A program made the position numbers and the translations under genes. The notes beneath the pieces were generated by a model. It was not told the origin of the DNA. It saw only the letters and a program-made list of their open reading frames with translations, and did no database searches. Below, in pieces: positions 27,186-36,819 of a DNA stretch of 64,000 bases. The stretch spans positions 133,094-197,093 of the forward strand of contig OZ257136.1 in the NCBI GenBank assembly GCA_965278995.1, in the 5' to 3' direction. Positions within the stretch are counted from its first letter, which is position 1, and each line of letters begins with the position of its first letter. This DNA comes from Gammaproteobacteria bacterium (GTDB lineage: Bacteria > Pseudomonadota > Gammaproteobacteria > Ga0077536).

Positions 27186-28355
27186 ATGACCGGTGTGCCT
27201 TTCGCGTATATCTTCCGCAATCTGTGGGTGCGCAAGCTGACCACGGCGCTGACTGCTGGGGGTATGGCGCTGGTCGTGTTTGTGTTCGCAGCGGTCCTGA
27301 TGTTGTCGGAGGGCTTGAAGAAAACGCTGGTCGAGACCGGCAGCTACGACAACGTCGTGGTCATCCGTCGTTCGGCCGAGACTGAGATCCAGAGCGGTAT
27401 CGATCGCGAACAGGCGGCGTTGATCGCGAGCCGGCCCGAAGCTGCTCTCGGACCAGACGGCAACCGTCTGGTGTCGAAAGAAGTCGTCGTGCTGATGGTG
27501 CTGCCGAAACGCGGCAGTGCGCAACCGTCGAACGTCACGATACGCGGGCTGGGTGCGGCGGGGATTGCTATGCGACCCCAGGCGCGGCTCACTGCCGGGC
27601 GCATGTTTCGTCCCGGCACCACGGAGATCATCGCAGGCAGCCGGATTGCCCACGGTTTCCAGGGCGCCGAAGTTGGCGAAACCCTGCGACTTGGCGGCAA
27701 ACCATGGCAGGTCGTCGGTACGTTCGATGCGGGCCGTACCGGATTCGCCTCGGAATTGTGGGGCGATGCCGACCAGATGATGCAGGCGTTCCGGCGCGAC
27801 AGCTATTCCGCAGTCATCTTCCGCCTGGCTGACAGTGCTGGCTTCGATACGGTCCGCGCGTCGCTCGAAGACGATCAGCGCCTGACCGTCGAAGCACAGC
27901 GTGAAACGCTGTTTTACGCCAAGCAGTCCGAAATGATGTCGGGTTTTCTGACGGTACTTGGCTCGATCCTGAGCACGATTTTTTCCATCGGTGCAATCAT
28001 CGGCGCGATGATCACGATGTACGCGGCAGTTGCCAATCGCACTGCCGAAATCGGCACGCTGCGTGCGCTCGGATTCAGGCGCATCAGCATCATGTTTGCA
28101 TTCGTCGTCGAGGCGCTGTTGCTCAGTCTTACCGGCGGCATCGCCGGACTCTTTCTCGCCTCGTTCATGCAGTTCTATACGGTCTCGACGATGAACTGGC
28201 AGACCTTCGCCGAACTCGCCTTCACCTTTGCCATGACGCCGACAGTGATCGTCAAAGGTCTGTTGTTCGCGTTGTTCATGGGTTTGGTCGGCGGCTTTCT
28301 GCCGGCGCTCCGCGCCGCGCGTCTCGATATTGTCGACGCGTTGCGCTCGGCCTGA
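27186..28355 (+). CDS. FtsX/MacB-type ABC permease 2
   Basis: TTALTAGG, ANRTAEIGTLRALGF, LPALRAARLDIVDALR. Confidence 0.9.
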   Translation: MTGVPFAYIFRNLWVRKLTTALTAGGMALVVFVFAAVLMLSEGLKKTLVETGSYDNVVVIRRSAETEIQSGIDREQAALIASRPEAALGPDGNRLVSKEVVVLMVLPKRGSAQPSNVTIRGLGAAGIAMRPQARLTAGRMFRPGTTEIIAGSRIAHGFQGAEVGETLRLGGKPWQVVGTFDAGRTGFASELWGDADQMMQAFRRDSYSAVIFRLADSAGFDTVRASLEDDQRLTVEAQRETLFYAKQSEMMSGFLTVLGSILSTIFSIGAIIGAMITMYAAVANRTAEIGTLRALGFRRISIMFAFVVEALLLSLTGGIAGLFLASFMQFYTVSTMNWQTFAELAFTFAMTPTVIVKGLLFALFMGLVGGFLPALRAARLDIVDALRSA

Positions 28356-28370
28356 TGTTGAACACGGTTC

Positions 28371-29393
28371 TCAGCCTTGCGAGAGCAGGCTGCGCAGATC
28401 GATCACGGCTGCATTGGCGCGTGAAATGAAGGAGGCCATGACCAGGGAGTGATTGGCGACCAGTCCGAAGCCGGTGCCGTTCAGTATCATCGGACTCCAG
28501 ACCGTATCCTGGGTTGCCTCCAGTTCGCGGATGATCTGACGCAGGCTTACCAGCGCATTTTTCTTTTCCAGTACCGGGCCGCAATCGACTTCGATGGCAC
28601 GCAGAAACTGGATCAGCGCCCACGTCGCACCGCGTGCTTCGTAGAAGACGTCGTCCAACTCAGTCCACGGTGTCTTCACGCTGTATTCGCTGGCGCGCGG
28701 CTTGGACTGGCTGGCGGAACTGTCGCTGCCGAGATCGGTGTTGACCCGATGCTGGCCGACCGAGGCGCCGAGACGCTGCGACAAGCTGCCCAGCCGCTTC
28801 TCGACGATTGCGAGCCAGTCCCGCAGGTTGTCGGCGCGCGCGTAGAACTGCCCGTCTTCCTGATTTTCGTCGGTCAGTCGTGTGAGATAGCGCTCGAGAG
28901 CGACCATGCCCTTGCCGTATTCGCTTTCAGTCGATGGCAGGATCCAGGACGAATTGTCGAAATTGAATTGTGGTTCGGCGACAGTCAGGTCGGCGTCCTC
29001 GGTCGACTGCGTTTGCGAGCGGCTGAAATCGTTGCGTAGCGCCTTGGCCAGGTCGCGCATCTGAGTGAGGACGCCGAACTCCCAGTTCGGAATGTTATCC
29101 ATCAACACACCGGGCGGGGCGACATCATTGGAGAGATAGCCGCCACGTTTGTCGAGCAATGCGTCGCCGACAGTCAGCAGGGTGGCAACTGTTGTAACAC
29201 CGGTCATGGCGGCTTTGTCCTTGTTGCCGACACGGGTCTGCGCTGCCGCTCGAACATCGAACAAATCGGGCTCGTGGTCCCAGAAGAACATCACAATAAG
29301 GATGACCAGGACCAGGGCGGTGAGCGCGCCTGCGGCGCTACCGGCGCCAAAGCCACCTAACGAAAATCGGGATGAAGCAGTCGGGTCGGCCAT
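28371..29393 (-). CDS. DUF2333 family protein
   Basis: LLDKRGGYLSND, DNIPNWEFGVL, FSRSQTQSTED, FYARADNL, TPWTELDDVFYEARG, ANHSLVMA. Confidence 0.88.
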   Translation of the reverse strand: MADPTASSRFSLGGFGAGSAAGALTALVLVILIVMFFWDHEPDLFDVRAAAQTRVGNKDKAAMTGVTTVATLLTVGDALLDKRGGYLSNDVAPPGVLMDNIPNWEFGVLTQMRDLAKALRNDFSRSQTQSTEDADLTVAEPQFNFDNSSWILPSTESEYGKGMVALERYLTRLTDENQEDGQFYARADNLRDWLAIVEKRLGSLSQRLGASVGQHRVNTDLGSDSSASQSKPRASEYSVKTPWTELDDVFYEARGATWALIQFLRAIEVDCGPVLEKKNALVSLRQIIRELEATQDTVWSPMILNGTGFGLVANHSLVMASFISRANAAVIDLRSLLSQG

Positions 29394-29449
29394 GCGGATT
29401 CCTGTCAGCTGGAGCAAGTGTCGGGGCGGTATCGTACCGCACAGCGGCG

Positions 29450-30652
29450 TCAGGCGATGCGCGCGCGCATCTCATCGCGCTGCAAGCGCCGCTCGCGGTA
29501 ACCGGCGGTCAGGGGCACCGCAATCAGCAGCAATGCACCGATCATTACCATTGACCACCCGCCGTGCTGGTAAGCGAAGCCGGCCCAGGTCACGCCGAAC
29601 CAGGCGCCCAGATAATAGAACAGCACGTAAAGTGCGTTGGCGCGACCTTGACCGCTGCGCAAACGGCGGTTGAGTGCACCGACGGCTGCGGCATGAACCG
29701 TGAAGAAACCGCCGCAGACGCCGAGCAGGCCCAGCACAATCGCCGGCGCCGACGGCAGCAGCATCGCAAGCAGCGCTGCGGCCAGCAGCAGCGCGCCACC
29801 GATCAGCGTGTTGCCACTGCCGTAACGGTTGGCGAGTCGGCCGGCGCCGGGCGCCATGAAGATCCCGATCAGATAAACCAGATAGACCAGGGTCGTCTGC
29901 TGGCTCGAATAGTTGAACGGTGCGCTGCCCAGTCGATAAGGCATGAAATTGAACACCGGTGAAAAGACCGCTTGACCGGCAGCGCCGCACAAGCAGGGCA
30001 GCCACACTTCACTGCGGCCAAGCAGGCCCCGATAACTCGGTTGTGTTTCTCTGGTGACATGACGAGCACCGGCTCGCGGCAGTACGTACAGACCGACGAC
30101 GACGGCGACGACGACCATCGCCGCTGCGGACAGAAAAGCGTGCCGCCAGGCGTCCGGCGGATGCACCCAGCCACCCAGCAGACGGCCGAACATGCCGCCG
30201 AGCACGGTCGCCGCAACGTACGAACCCATCACGACATTCAAGCGCGCTGGCGGCAATGTGCGAGCGAGAAAGGCGGCCAGGCAGGTCGTTAGAGCAGGAA
30301 CGAACAGGCCCTGGCAGAACCGCGCGACGATGAGCACATCGAGCGTCGTGGCCGTTGCGCAGATCAGACCGGCAATGACGAGCGCCGTGCCGCCGAGCGC
30401 TATCAATGGCCGCACGGGCATATGGTCGGCAAGCCAGCCGAACGGCAGATTGGCCAGCGCGATGCCGAGCAGAACGGCCGACACGGTGTAGGCTGTCGTC
30501 ACCGTGTCGCTGCCGAACTCCTGTTGGAGCACCGGCAACACCGGCTGGGTGACGTAGATGTTGGCGAACGCGGCGGCGACCAGCGCGAAGACAGCGGCTT
30601 GCAGGCGAAACTGGCTCGTGTCTCTGGCGTTCTGGCCCGCGTGCCGGCTCAT
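29450..30652 (-). CDS. MFS transporter, YnfM-like
   Basis: YVTQPVLP, GWLAD, YVAATVLGGMFGR, ANALYVLFYYLG; about 12 TM helices. Confidence 0.88.
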   Translation of the reverse strand: MSRHAGQNARDTSQFRLQAAVFALVAAAFANIYVTQPVLPVLQQEFGSDTVTTAYTVSAVLLGIALANLPFGWLADHMPVRPLIALGGTALVIAGLICATATTLDVLIVARFCQGLFVPALTTCLAAFLARTLPPARLNVVMGSYVAATVLGGMFGRLLGGWVHPPDAWRHAFLSAAAMVVVAVVVGLYVLPRAGARHVTRETQPSYRGLLGRSEVWLPCLCGAAGQAVFSPVFNFMPYRLGSAPFNYSSQQTTLVYLVYLIGIFMAPGAGRLANRYGSGNTLIGGALLLAAALLAMLLPSAPAIVLGLLGVCGGFFTVHAAAVGALNRRLRSGQGRANALYVLFYYLGAWFGVTWAGFAYQHGGWSMVMIGALLLIAVPLTAGYRERRLQRDEMRARIA

Positions 30653-30728
30653 GCGCTGAACCGCCATGGATATCGGCACCCACTCAGGTGCTGCGCGCCG
30701 CCAGCTCGCGGCTCCCGGCACCGGATGG

Positions 30729-31085
30729 TCAATGAGGCGAGTGACTGTCCGGCGCCGGACCGCCTTGCGCGACTTCGAGCGCAGATTTGCGCGCGCTGAG
30801 TTCAGTATCGCGACACAGCGCTTTTCTGGCGACGAGCTGCTCAGCTGCGCTCAGCCATAGCAGATAGTATCCACGATCATCGTCCCCGGCGCCGGACGTC
30901 CTGATGTCCTGACTCAATTGCTCAGCCCATTCCGGCCAGCTGAAATGCCCCTGTTGGTAGAGATGGACAACCAGGGCGAACGCGCGTGCTTCCCACGGAT
31001 TGTTGAACACGAGTTCGCGCCCATCGTCGGTCGGAACGTGCGGGATGTCGGCAACCGCGGGGATACCTTTGTCACATGCAGTCAT
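30729..31085 (-). CDS. Nitrile hydratase accessory protein (P14K-like)
   Basis: VFNNPWEARAFALVV, FSWPEWA, YYLLWLSAAEQL (beta-subunit N-domain homolog) directly after nthB; start uncertain. Confidence 0.88.
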   Translation of the reverse strand: MTACDKGIPAVADIPHVPTDDGRELVFNNPWEARAFALVVHLYQQGHFSWPEWAEQLSQDIRTSGAGDDDRGYYLLWLSAAEQLVARKALCRDTELSARKSALEVAQGGPAPDSHSPH

Positions 31086-31111
31086 ACAGATTGGCCTGAT
31101 CGGCGGCCGGC

Positions 31112-31771
31112 TCAGGCCGGCACCAGATAGTCGTCCCACAGATCGACGAACACGGAATCGTTACGCGAAGCCCGCGAGCCCCATAATTCCTGTGCGCTGA
31201 AATAGACGCTGTAACAATGTTGCGGTTTTTCGCCCTTGCCGTGGGCGTGGGTATCAGGAAAGACGAACACGCCATGATCGCGATCGATGCAGCCAAGCTT
31301 GTCACGCACGTAACGCGGCATGCGTGTATGGCCGCTGGGGTTGATGTTTTTCACCACGACCATGTCGCCTTCCTTGAAACGCGGTTCGACGACCGCCTCG
31401 ACTCTGGCGCTGGCGCCATGGGCAACGATTTTTGGTACATCGGCGGCACGCAGCGGCGGCGTCGCTTTCGGTTCGCCGAGTATGGCGTGACCGGTGCGCA
31501 GTTCCTCGGCGGTAACGACGCCTTTTTCGAGCGCCAGAGTCTCCAGCGCATGCAGCCAGTGTTCGTAATAGGATGAATTCAGATACGACATTGCGCCCAT
31601 GCGCTCGATGGCATGGCGGAATTCATCGATATTGAAGAAACCGAGGGCGGACGTCGGCGCGAACATGCCGAGCATGCGGCGCTCCCAGTCGGCGTGGAAT
31701 ACCGGCTCGTTCTTTTCGACAGCAAGCGGCCCGAGGCCGTGCATGCCACCCAGATCGTGGATGCCGTTCAT
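31112..31771 (-). CDS. nthB: Nitrile hydratase beta subunit
   Basis: MNGIHDLGGMHG, DEFRHAIERM, SSYYEHW, GHTRMPRYVR, DLWDDYL. Confidence 0.96.
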   Translation of the reverse strand: MNGIHDLGGMHGLGPLAVEKNEPVFHADWERRMLGMFAPTSALGFFNIDEFRHAIERMGAMSYLNSSYYEHWLHALETLALEKGVVTAEELRTGHAILGEPKATPPLRAADVPKIVAHGASARVEAVVEPRFKEGDMVVVKNINPSGHTRMPRYVRDKLGCIDRDHGVFVFPDTHAHGKGEKPQHCYSVYFSAQELWGSRASRNDSVFVDLWDDYLVPA

Positions 31772-31786
31772 CGCGCTTCCTTTACG

Positions 31787-32470
31787 TTACTTCTTCGGCG
31801 GCGACGCGACCCGCGCCACGCCGATCATCGAATCGCGGGTGACCAGCGCCGCAAGTTCGGCTTCGCTCAACCTTTCGGTGCCGGGCGGACGTTCCGGCAG
31901 AACCATGTAGCGCAGTTCGGCTGTGCTGTCCCACACCCGCACTTCGACATCGTCGTCGACTTTCAGACCGAATTCTTTCAACACAGCGCGCGGTTCGGAA
32001 ACGACTCTTGCGCGATACGGCGCAGCCTTGTACCACACCGGCGGTAGACCGAGCGTCGGCCACGGATAGCACGAGCACAGCGTGCACACGAGCACGTTGT
32101 GCACGGTCGCCGTGTTTTCGACCACGACCATGTCTTCGCCCTGGATGCCGGAATAGCCAAGCTCGGCGATCGCAGCAGTCCCATCGGCGAGCAGACGCTG
32201 CTTGTATTCGCGGTCGGTCCAGGCACGAGCAACGACGCGGGCGCCGTTGTGCGGCCCGACTTTAGTCTCATAGGTTTCGATCAGCGCATCGACCGCGGCT
32301 GGATCGATCAGGCCTTTTTCAGTCAACACCTGTTCCAGCGCCTTGACGCGCAGTTCGGGGTCGGTCAGCGGCCGGCTGTGGGCATGCAGATGATTGTCGT
32401 CGTCATGACCGTGGCCATCGTGGTCATTGTGATCGTGATCGTCGTCGTGATGATGATGGTCGCCGCTCAT
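31787..32470 (-). CDS. nthA: Nitrile hydratase alpha subunit, cobalt type, His-rich N-terminus
   Basis: [10 protein letters not shown] (Co-type signature), [22 protein letters not shown]. Confidence 0.96.
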   Translation of the reverse strand: MSGDHHHHDDDHDHNDHDGHGHDDDNHLHAHSRPLTDPELRVKALEQVLTEKGLIDPAAVDALIETYETKVGPHNGARVVARAWTDREYKQRLLADGTAAIAELGYSGIQGEDMVVVENTATVHNVLVCTLCSCYPWPTLGLPPVWYKAAPYRARVVSEPRAVLKEFGLKVDDDVEVRVWDSTAELRYMVLPERPPGTERLSEAELAALVTRDSMIGVARVASPPKK

Positions 32471-32489
32471 GGCCGGGCAATCCTCGCTG

Positions 32490-34007
32490 TCAAACGTTCC
32501 ATTGCGCGTTCTGTTCGAACGCATGCGCGGCGCGCAGTACCGTACTCTCATCGAAATGCCGCCCGATCAGCATCATGCCTACCGGCAAGCCGGCCGACAT
32601 CGCGCACGGTACGGTCATCGCCGGATGACCACTGACGTCGAAAGGTGCCGTATTGTTCAGCATTTCGAGCGCACGCTGAATGGTGAGTTCACGCGTGCAG
32701 TCGGCCGGTGGTATCGGCGTCGCTTTCATCGGCATCGTCGGCATGATCAACAGGTCGTAATCCTTCAGCGCGGCATCGTAGGCCAGGCGCAGCTTGATGG
32801 CGAGATTCTGCGCTTTGGCGTAGTAGCGACCATGGTAGTTGTCGTCCATGTACTGACCCATCAGCATGACCAGCTTGGTGGTCTCTGAGAGGTCGTTTGG
32901 CCGGGTCAGGCGCCCGCGAGCGAATGAATCCAGCAAGCCGACGTTGTAATAGCCTTTCCAGTTCGTGCCCATGCTGTTGCCTTTGACCATGAGCGCGGTC
33001 GCGCCCTCGATCGCGATGCCATTCCAGATGTGCAGACCGTCGCGATGCAACGGAATCGAAATCTCTTCGACGCTCGCGCCAAGTGACTTGTACAGCTCGG
33101 CCGCTTCGCGCACGCAGGTGTCGACATCGGATTCGGACAGGCCCGGCCAGGCAAAACCTTCAGTGACGACAGCGATACGCAGATCGCTGACATCACCGGT
33201 CAGCGCTTTGCTATAGCGATCGACGCGAACATTGCGCTGGCGCGGGTCCATGCCGTCGTCTCCAGCAATGACTTCGAGCAGTAGCGCATTGTCGGCGACT
33301 GTGCGCGTCATCGGTCCGAGGTGGTCCAGCGTCAGCTCTATCGGGAACGCGCCGGTGTACGGCACCAGGCCATGTGTCGGTTTCAAGCCATAGATGCCGC
33401 ACCAGCTTGCCGGCATACGGATCGAGCCGCCCTGATCGCCGCCGATGGCCATGTCGACTGCGCCGGAAGCGACCAGCGCGGCACTGCCGCTGGAGGAGCC
33501 GCCAGTGCTATGCAGCAGATTGTGTGGATTGCGTACCGGCAGCGTGTCGCAGGTATGACTGCCGCCGGAGAAGCACAGGTTTTCACATACCGCTTTACCG
33601 AGGATCTCGCCGCCGGCATCGAGAATGCGCGTGACCACAGTGGCGTCGATATCCGGCACATAACCCTCGAGGACCGAAGCGCCGTTCATCATCGGCACGC
33701 CGGCGACGCAGACGTTGTCCTTGATGGCGATGCGCTTGCCTTTCAGTTTGCCGCCGCGTGCGCCGGCAATCGTGCAGCGGTAGTACCAGGCATTGAGCGG
33801 ATTGTCGGCGGGTTCCGGGCGCCACGCGCCGGCCCGCGGATATTTGACTTCGGGTTTCGGTTCGACGAGCTCGTCGATGCGCTCATACGAGGCGATGGGC
33901 CCGGCCAGCAGACCCTGGAACGACTGCAGATCGTCGTCGGACAGATCCAACCCGTACTGGCGCGCTATCAGATCGAGGTTGCCCAGGGTCGGAGTCTTGA
34001 TTTTCAA
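32490..34007 (-). CDS. Amidase (amidase-signature family), NHase-associated
   Basis: [39 protein letters not shown]; RBS GAGGA before TTG 34007. Confidence 0.93.
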   Translation of the reverse strand: MKIKTPTLGNLDLIARQYGLDLSDDDLQSFQGLLAGPIASYERIDELVEPKPEVKYPRAGAWRPEPADNPLNAWYYRCTIAGARGGKLKGKRIAIKDNVCVAGVPMMNGASVLEGYVPDIDATVVTRILDAGGEILGKAVCENLCFSGGSHTCDTLPVRNPHNLLHSTGGSSSGSAALVASGAVDMAIGGDQGGSIRMPASWCGIYGLKPTHGLVPYTGAFPIELTLDHLGPMTRTVADNALLLEVIAGDDGMDPRQRNVRVDRYSKALTGDVSDLRIAVVTEGFAWPGLSESDVDTCVREAAELYKSLGASVEEISIPLHRDGLHIWNGIAIEGATALMVKGNSMGTNWKGYYNVGLLDSFARGRLTRPNDLSETTKLVMLMGQYMDDNYHGRYYAKAQNLAIKLRLAYDAALKDYDLLIMPTMPMKATPIPPADCTRELTIQRALEMLNNTAPFDVSGHPAMTVPCAMSAGLPVGMMLIGRHFDESTVLRAAHAFEQNAQWNV

Positions 34008-34092
34008 GCACTTGTCCTCTGCGGTGGTTGCGCGGCCCGTCAATGTACACCTTTCCGCAGGGCCGTAGAACCGGCCGCCGTCGCGGCTCCGC

Positions 34093-34527
34093 TCAAGCCA
34101 GCACGTCGCCTTTCTGATCGTCGACTATCAGCGCATACATGAATTGTTCGAGCTCTGGCCCCATCGCGTCGCGCGACGAAACCATGCCCACCGGACGACC
34201 GTTCTCGACCACCGGGACATGGCGGAACTTGTTCGCATGCATCAGTTCGAGCGCAGAAGCAAATGGCTTGTCCGGGTGGATGGTGACCGGGTTGCGCGTC
34301 ATGACGTCCGAGACTCGCGTCAGATTTGGATCGCGGTTGGCGGCGACAACGCGGAACAGGGCGTCGCGTTCGGTAAAAATACCGGCCAGTTCATGGCCAT
34401 CGAGAACTAGAATGGCGCCGACCTGGCGCTGTTTCATCAATCGCGCGGCCTCGCCGATACTCATCAGGGCCTGGGCGGTCACCAGCTCCTGTTCGGCGAT
34501 AATGGAGCGTATGGTGCGGGCAGTCAT
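34093..34527 (-). CDS. CBS-domain protein
   Basis: GIFTERD, VMTRNP, FRHVPV, GMVSSRD; RBS AGGAGAG. Confidence 0.9.
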   Translation of the reverse strand: MTARTIRSIIAEQELVTAQALMSIGEAARLMKQRQVGAILVLDGHELAGIFTERDALFRVVAANRDPNLTRVSDVMTRNPVTIHPDKPFASALELMHANKFRHVPVVENGRPVGMVSSRDAMGPELEQFMYALIVDDQKGDVLA

Positions 34528-34736
34528 GCGGTCTCTCCTGTTTGGTGCGCGTTGCGCCGTTGCGGGGCAGGCCATGCGTTGTGGCCGGGGCTCTATCTTA
34601 GCGCCGCTGCCGGCCGTCGCAAATGTTGCGCCGCCACTTGCAGGCGCGGGTGAAACCGCGAGAATAGGACGGATGAACAAGGCCACCGATACGCGGCGGT
34701 CATCCCGCCCCTCGGCGGTCCAACGGAGGTTTGTCC

Positions 34737-36755
34737 ATGTGGCGTGTCGGAATCGATGTCGGTGGTACTTTCACTGATTTGTTTGCGTGGCGAGAAGACG
34801 GTCGCCAGTTGAGTGCCAAAGTCCTGACGACAAAACACGATCGTGCCCAGGGCGTGATGTCCGCGATCCGCGAGGCCGGCCTCGAGCCGCGCGAGATCTC
34901 CCATCTCATGCATGGGACAACCACGGCCACCAACGCGCTCATCACGCGCGATTACCCTGAAGCGGCCATGATTACGACCGATGGCTTTCGCGACACCATC
35001 GAAATCGGGCGCCAGCATCGCGCCCATCTGTATGACCCGTATCAACAGAAACCGAAGCCCATCATCAAGCGCCGTTATCGATACACTATCGATGAGCGGA
35101 TGGATGCCCGCGGCAATGTCGTGCGCCCGCTCGATGCCGGGCGCGCGCGCGCGATTGCCGAGAAAATCAAGGAACACGACATCAAGTCGGTGGCGATCGC
35201 GTTCATCAACGCTTACGTCAGCGCAGCCCACGAGAATGCCATGCAGGAGATAGTGCTGGCGGTCAATCCCGGTATCTACTGTGTGACGTCGTCCGATACC
35301 CGCCCGGTGTTTCGCGAGCATGGGCGCTTTACGACGACGGCTATTCGCGCGGCGACTTTGCCGGTCATGGAACAGTATTTCAATCAGCTCGAGGCGAGTC
35401 TTACCGGCGCTGGATTCACCGGTCGATTGTTGATCCTGAAAAGCAGCGGCGGCATTACCGGGGTCGACTACGCCAAGCGTCATCCCGAGGAATTGATCGA
35501 ATCCGGTCCCGCTGGCGGCGTGGCCTATGCGGCCTACCTGAGCGAACTGAAAGGCGATTGCCCGAATATCATCCACACCGATGTCGGTGGAACCAGCTTC
35601 GATGTCTCCATCGTAGAAGATGGCAAAGGACTGGTCACCCGCGATCACGAGATCGAATGGGAAATCCCGGTCATCGTGCCGATGCTCGACATTCACAGCG
35701 TCGGCGCAGGCGGCGGTTCTATCGGCTGGATCGACGAAGGTGGCAGTCTGCGGGTCGGCCCGCACAGCGCTGGTTCCAGTCCCGGACCGGTGTGCTACGG
35801 GCTGGGTGGCAAACTGCCGACGATAACTGACGCCAATCTGCTGTTGGGTCGCATCGAGCCGACCCTGGGTGGCAAGATGGTGCTCGATCGGGCGGCGGCC
35901 GAGCAGGCCATGGAGCGCCTGGCCGAAGAATTCGGTCTGTCGGCCATTCAGACCGCTGACGGCATGATCCGCATCGGCTGCGAGAACATGGCCCAGGCGG
36001 TCAAGAAAGTATTGGTCGGGCGCGGTCGCGATCCGCGCGATTTCATTCTGGCCAGCTTCGGCGGTGCGGGCGCCATGCACGCGTGCTTCGTTGCCGATTC
36101 GATGAACATTCCGCGCATCATCGTACCCGCCGAAGCGGGCGTTGCTTCAGCTTTCGGCGCAACCGCCATGGATCTGCGCCAGGATCTGGAAGCGTTCTAT
36201 TTTGCGCCTGTCGCCGAAGCCGATGTCGCCGCCATCAATCGTATCTATGAGCAGCTCGAGCACGACGCACGTGCGCTGCTGGTGGCCGACGGCGTGCCGG
36301 CGGCGGACGTGCTGTTGTCGCGCTCCGCGCAGATGCGCTACGTCGGTCAGGCCTATGAAGTCGACACGCCGATACCGTCGACGACGCTGACCGCGGCCGA
36401 TCTGCCCGAAATCGCGCAGACTTTCCATAAATGCCACGAAATGGAGCACGGCGTCAGTTCGGACGACTTCGCCCCGGCGATCGTGTCGCTCGGCGTGACG
36501 GCGGTCGGGCGCATGGCCAGACCGCCGGCCAGAAAGCTCGCCGCTGCCGGGCGTGAACCGATCAAAGGCCAACGACAAGTCTATTTTGACGGCGCCTGGC
36601 ACGAGAGTAATATCTATGACGGTCATGCGCTCGCCGAGGGGGCCCAGGTTGCCGGGCCCTGCATCGTGGAATTCGAACATGCCTGTGCGGTGCTGCCGCC
36701 GAACGCGCGAGCCAAGCTCGATGGTTACGGCAACATGATGATCGACATCCGCTGA
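34737..36755 (+). CDS. Hydantoinase/oxoprolinase subunit A (ATP-binding)
   Basis: GIDVGGTFTD, HGTTTATNA, ESGPAGGV, DVGGTSFD, GAGGGSI, FGGAGAMHA, MRYVGQ. Confidence 0.93.
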   Translation: MWRVGIDVGGTFTDLFAWREDGRQLSAKVLTTKHDRAQGVMSAIREAGLEPREISHLMHGTTTATNALITRDYPEAAMITTDGFRDTIEIGRQHRAHLYDPYQQKPKPIIKRRYRYTIDERMDARGNVVRPLDAGRARAIAEKIKEHDIKSVAIAFINAYVSAAHENAMQEIVLAVNPGIYCVTSSDTRPVFREHGRFTTTAIRAATLPVMEQYFNQLEASLTGAGFTGRLLILKSSGGITGVDYAKRHPEELIESGPAGGVAYAAYLSELKGDCPNIIHTDVGGTSFDVSIVEDGKGLVTRDHEIEWEIPVIVPMLDIHSVGAGGGSIGWIDEGGSLRVGPHSAGSSPGPVCYGLGGKLPTITDANLLLGRIEPTLGGKMVLDRAAAEQAMERLAEEFGLSAIQTADGMIRIGCENMAQAVKKVLVGRGRDPRDFILASFGGAGAMHACFVADSMNIPRIIVPAEAGVASAFGATAMDLRQDLEAFYFAPVAEADVAAINRIYEQLEHDARALLVADGVPAADVLLSRSAQMRYVGQAYEVDTPIPSTTLTAADLPEIAQTFHKCHEMEHGVSSDDFAPAIVSLGVTAVGRMARPPARKLAAAGREPIKGQRQVYFDGAWHESNIYDGHALAEGAQVAGPCIVEFEHACAVLPPNARAKLDGYGNMMIDIR

Positions 36756-36819
36756 TTTATCCCGGCGGCATGACGCAGATTTCTTGACGAGTCGCGAGAC
36801 GGCTTGAGGAGCAAATAGT

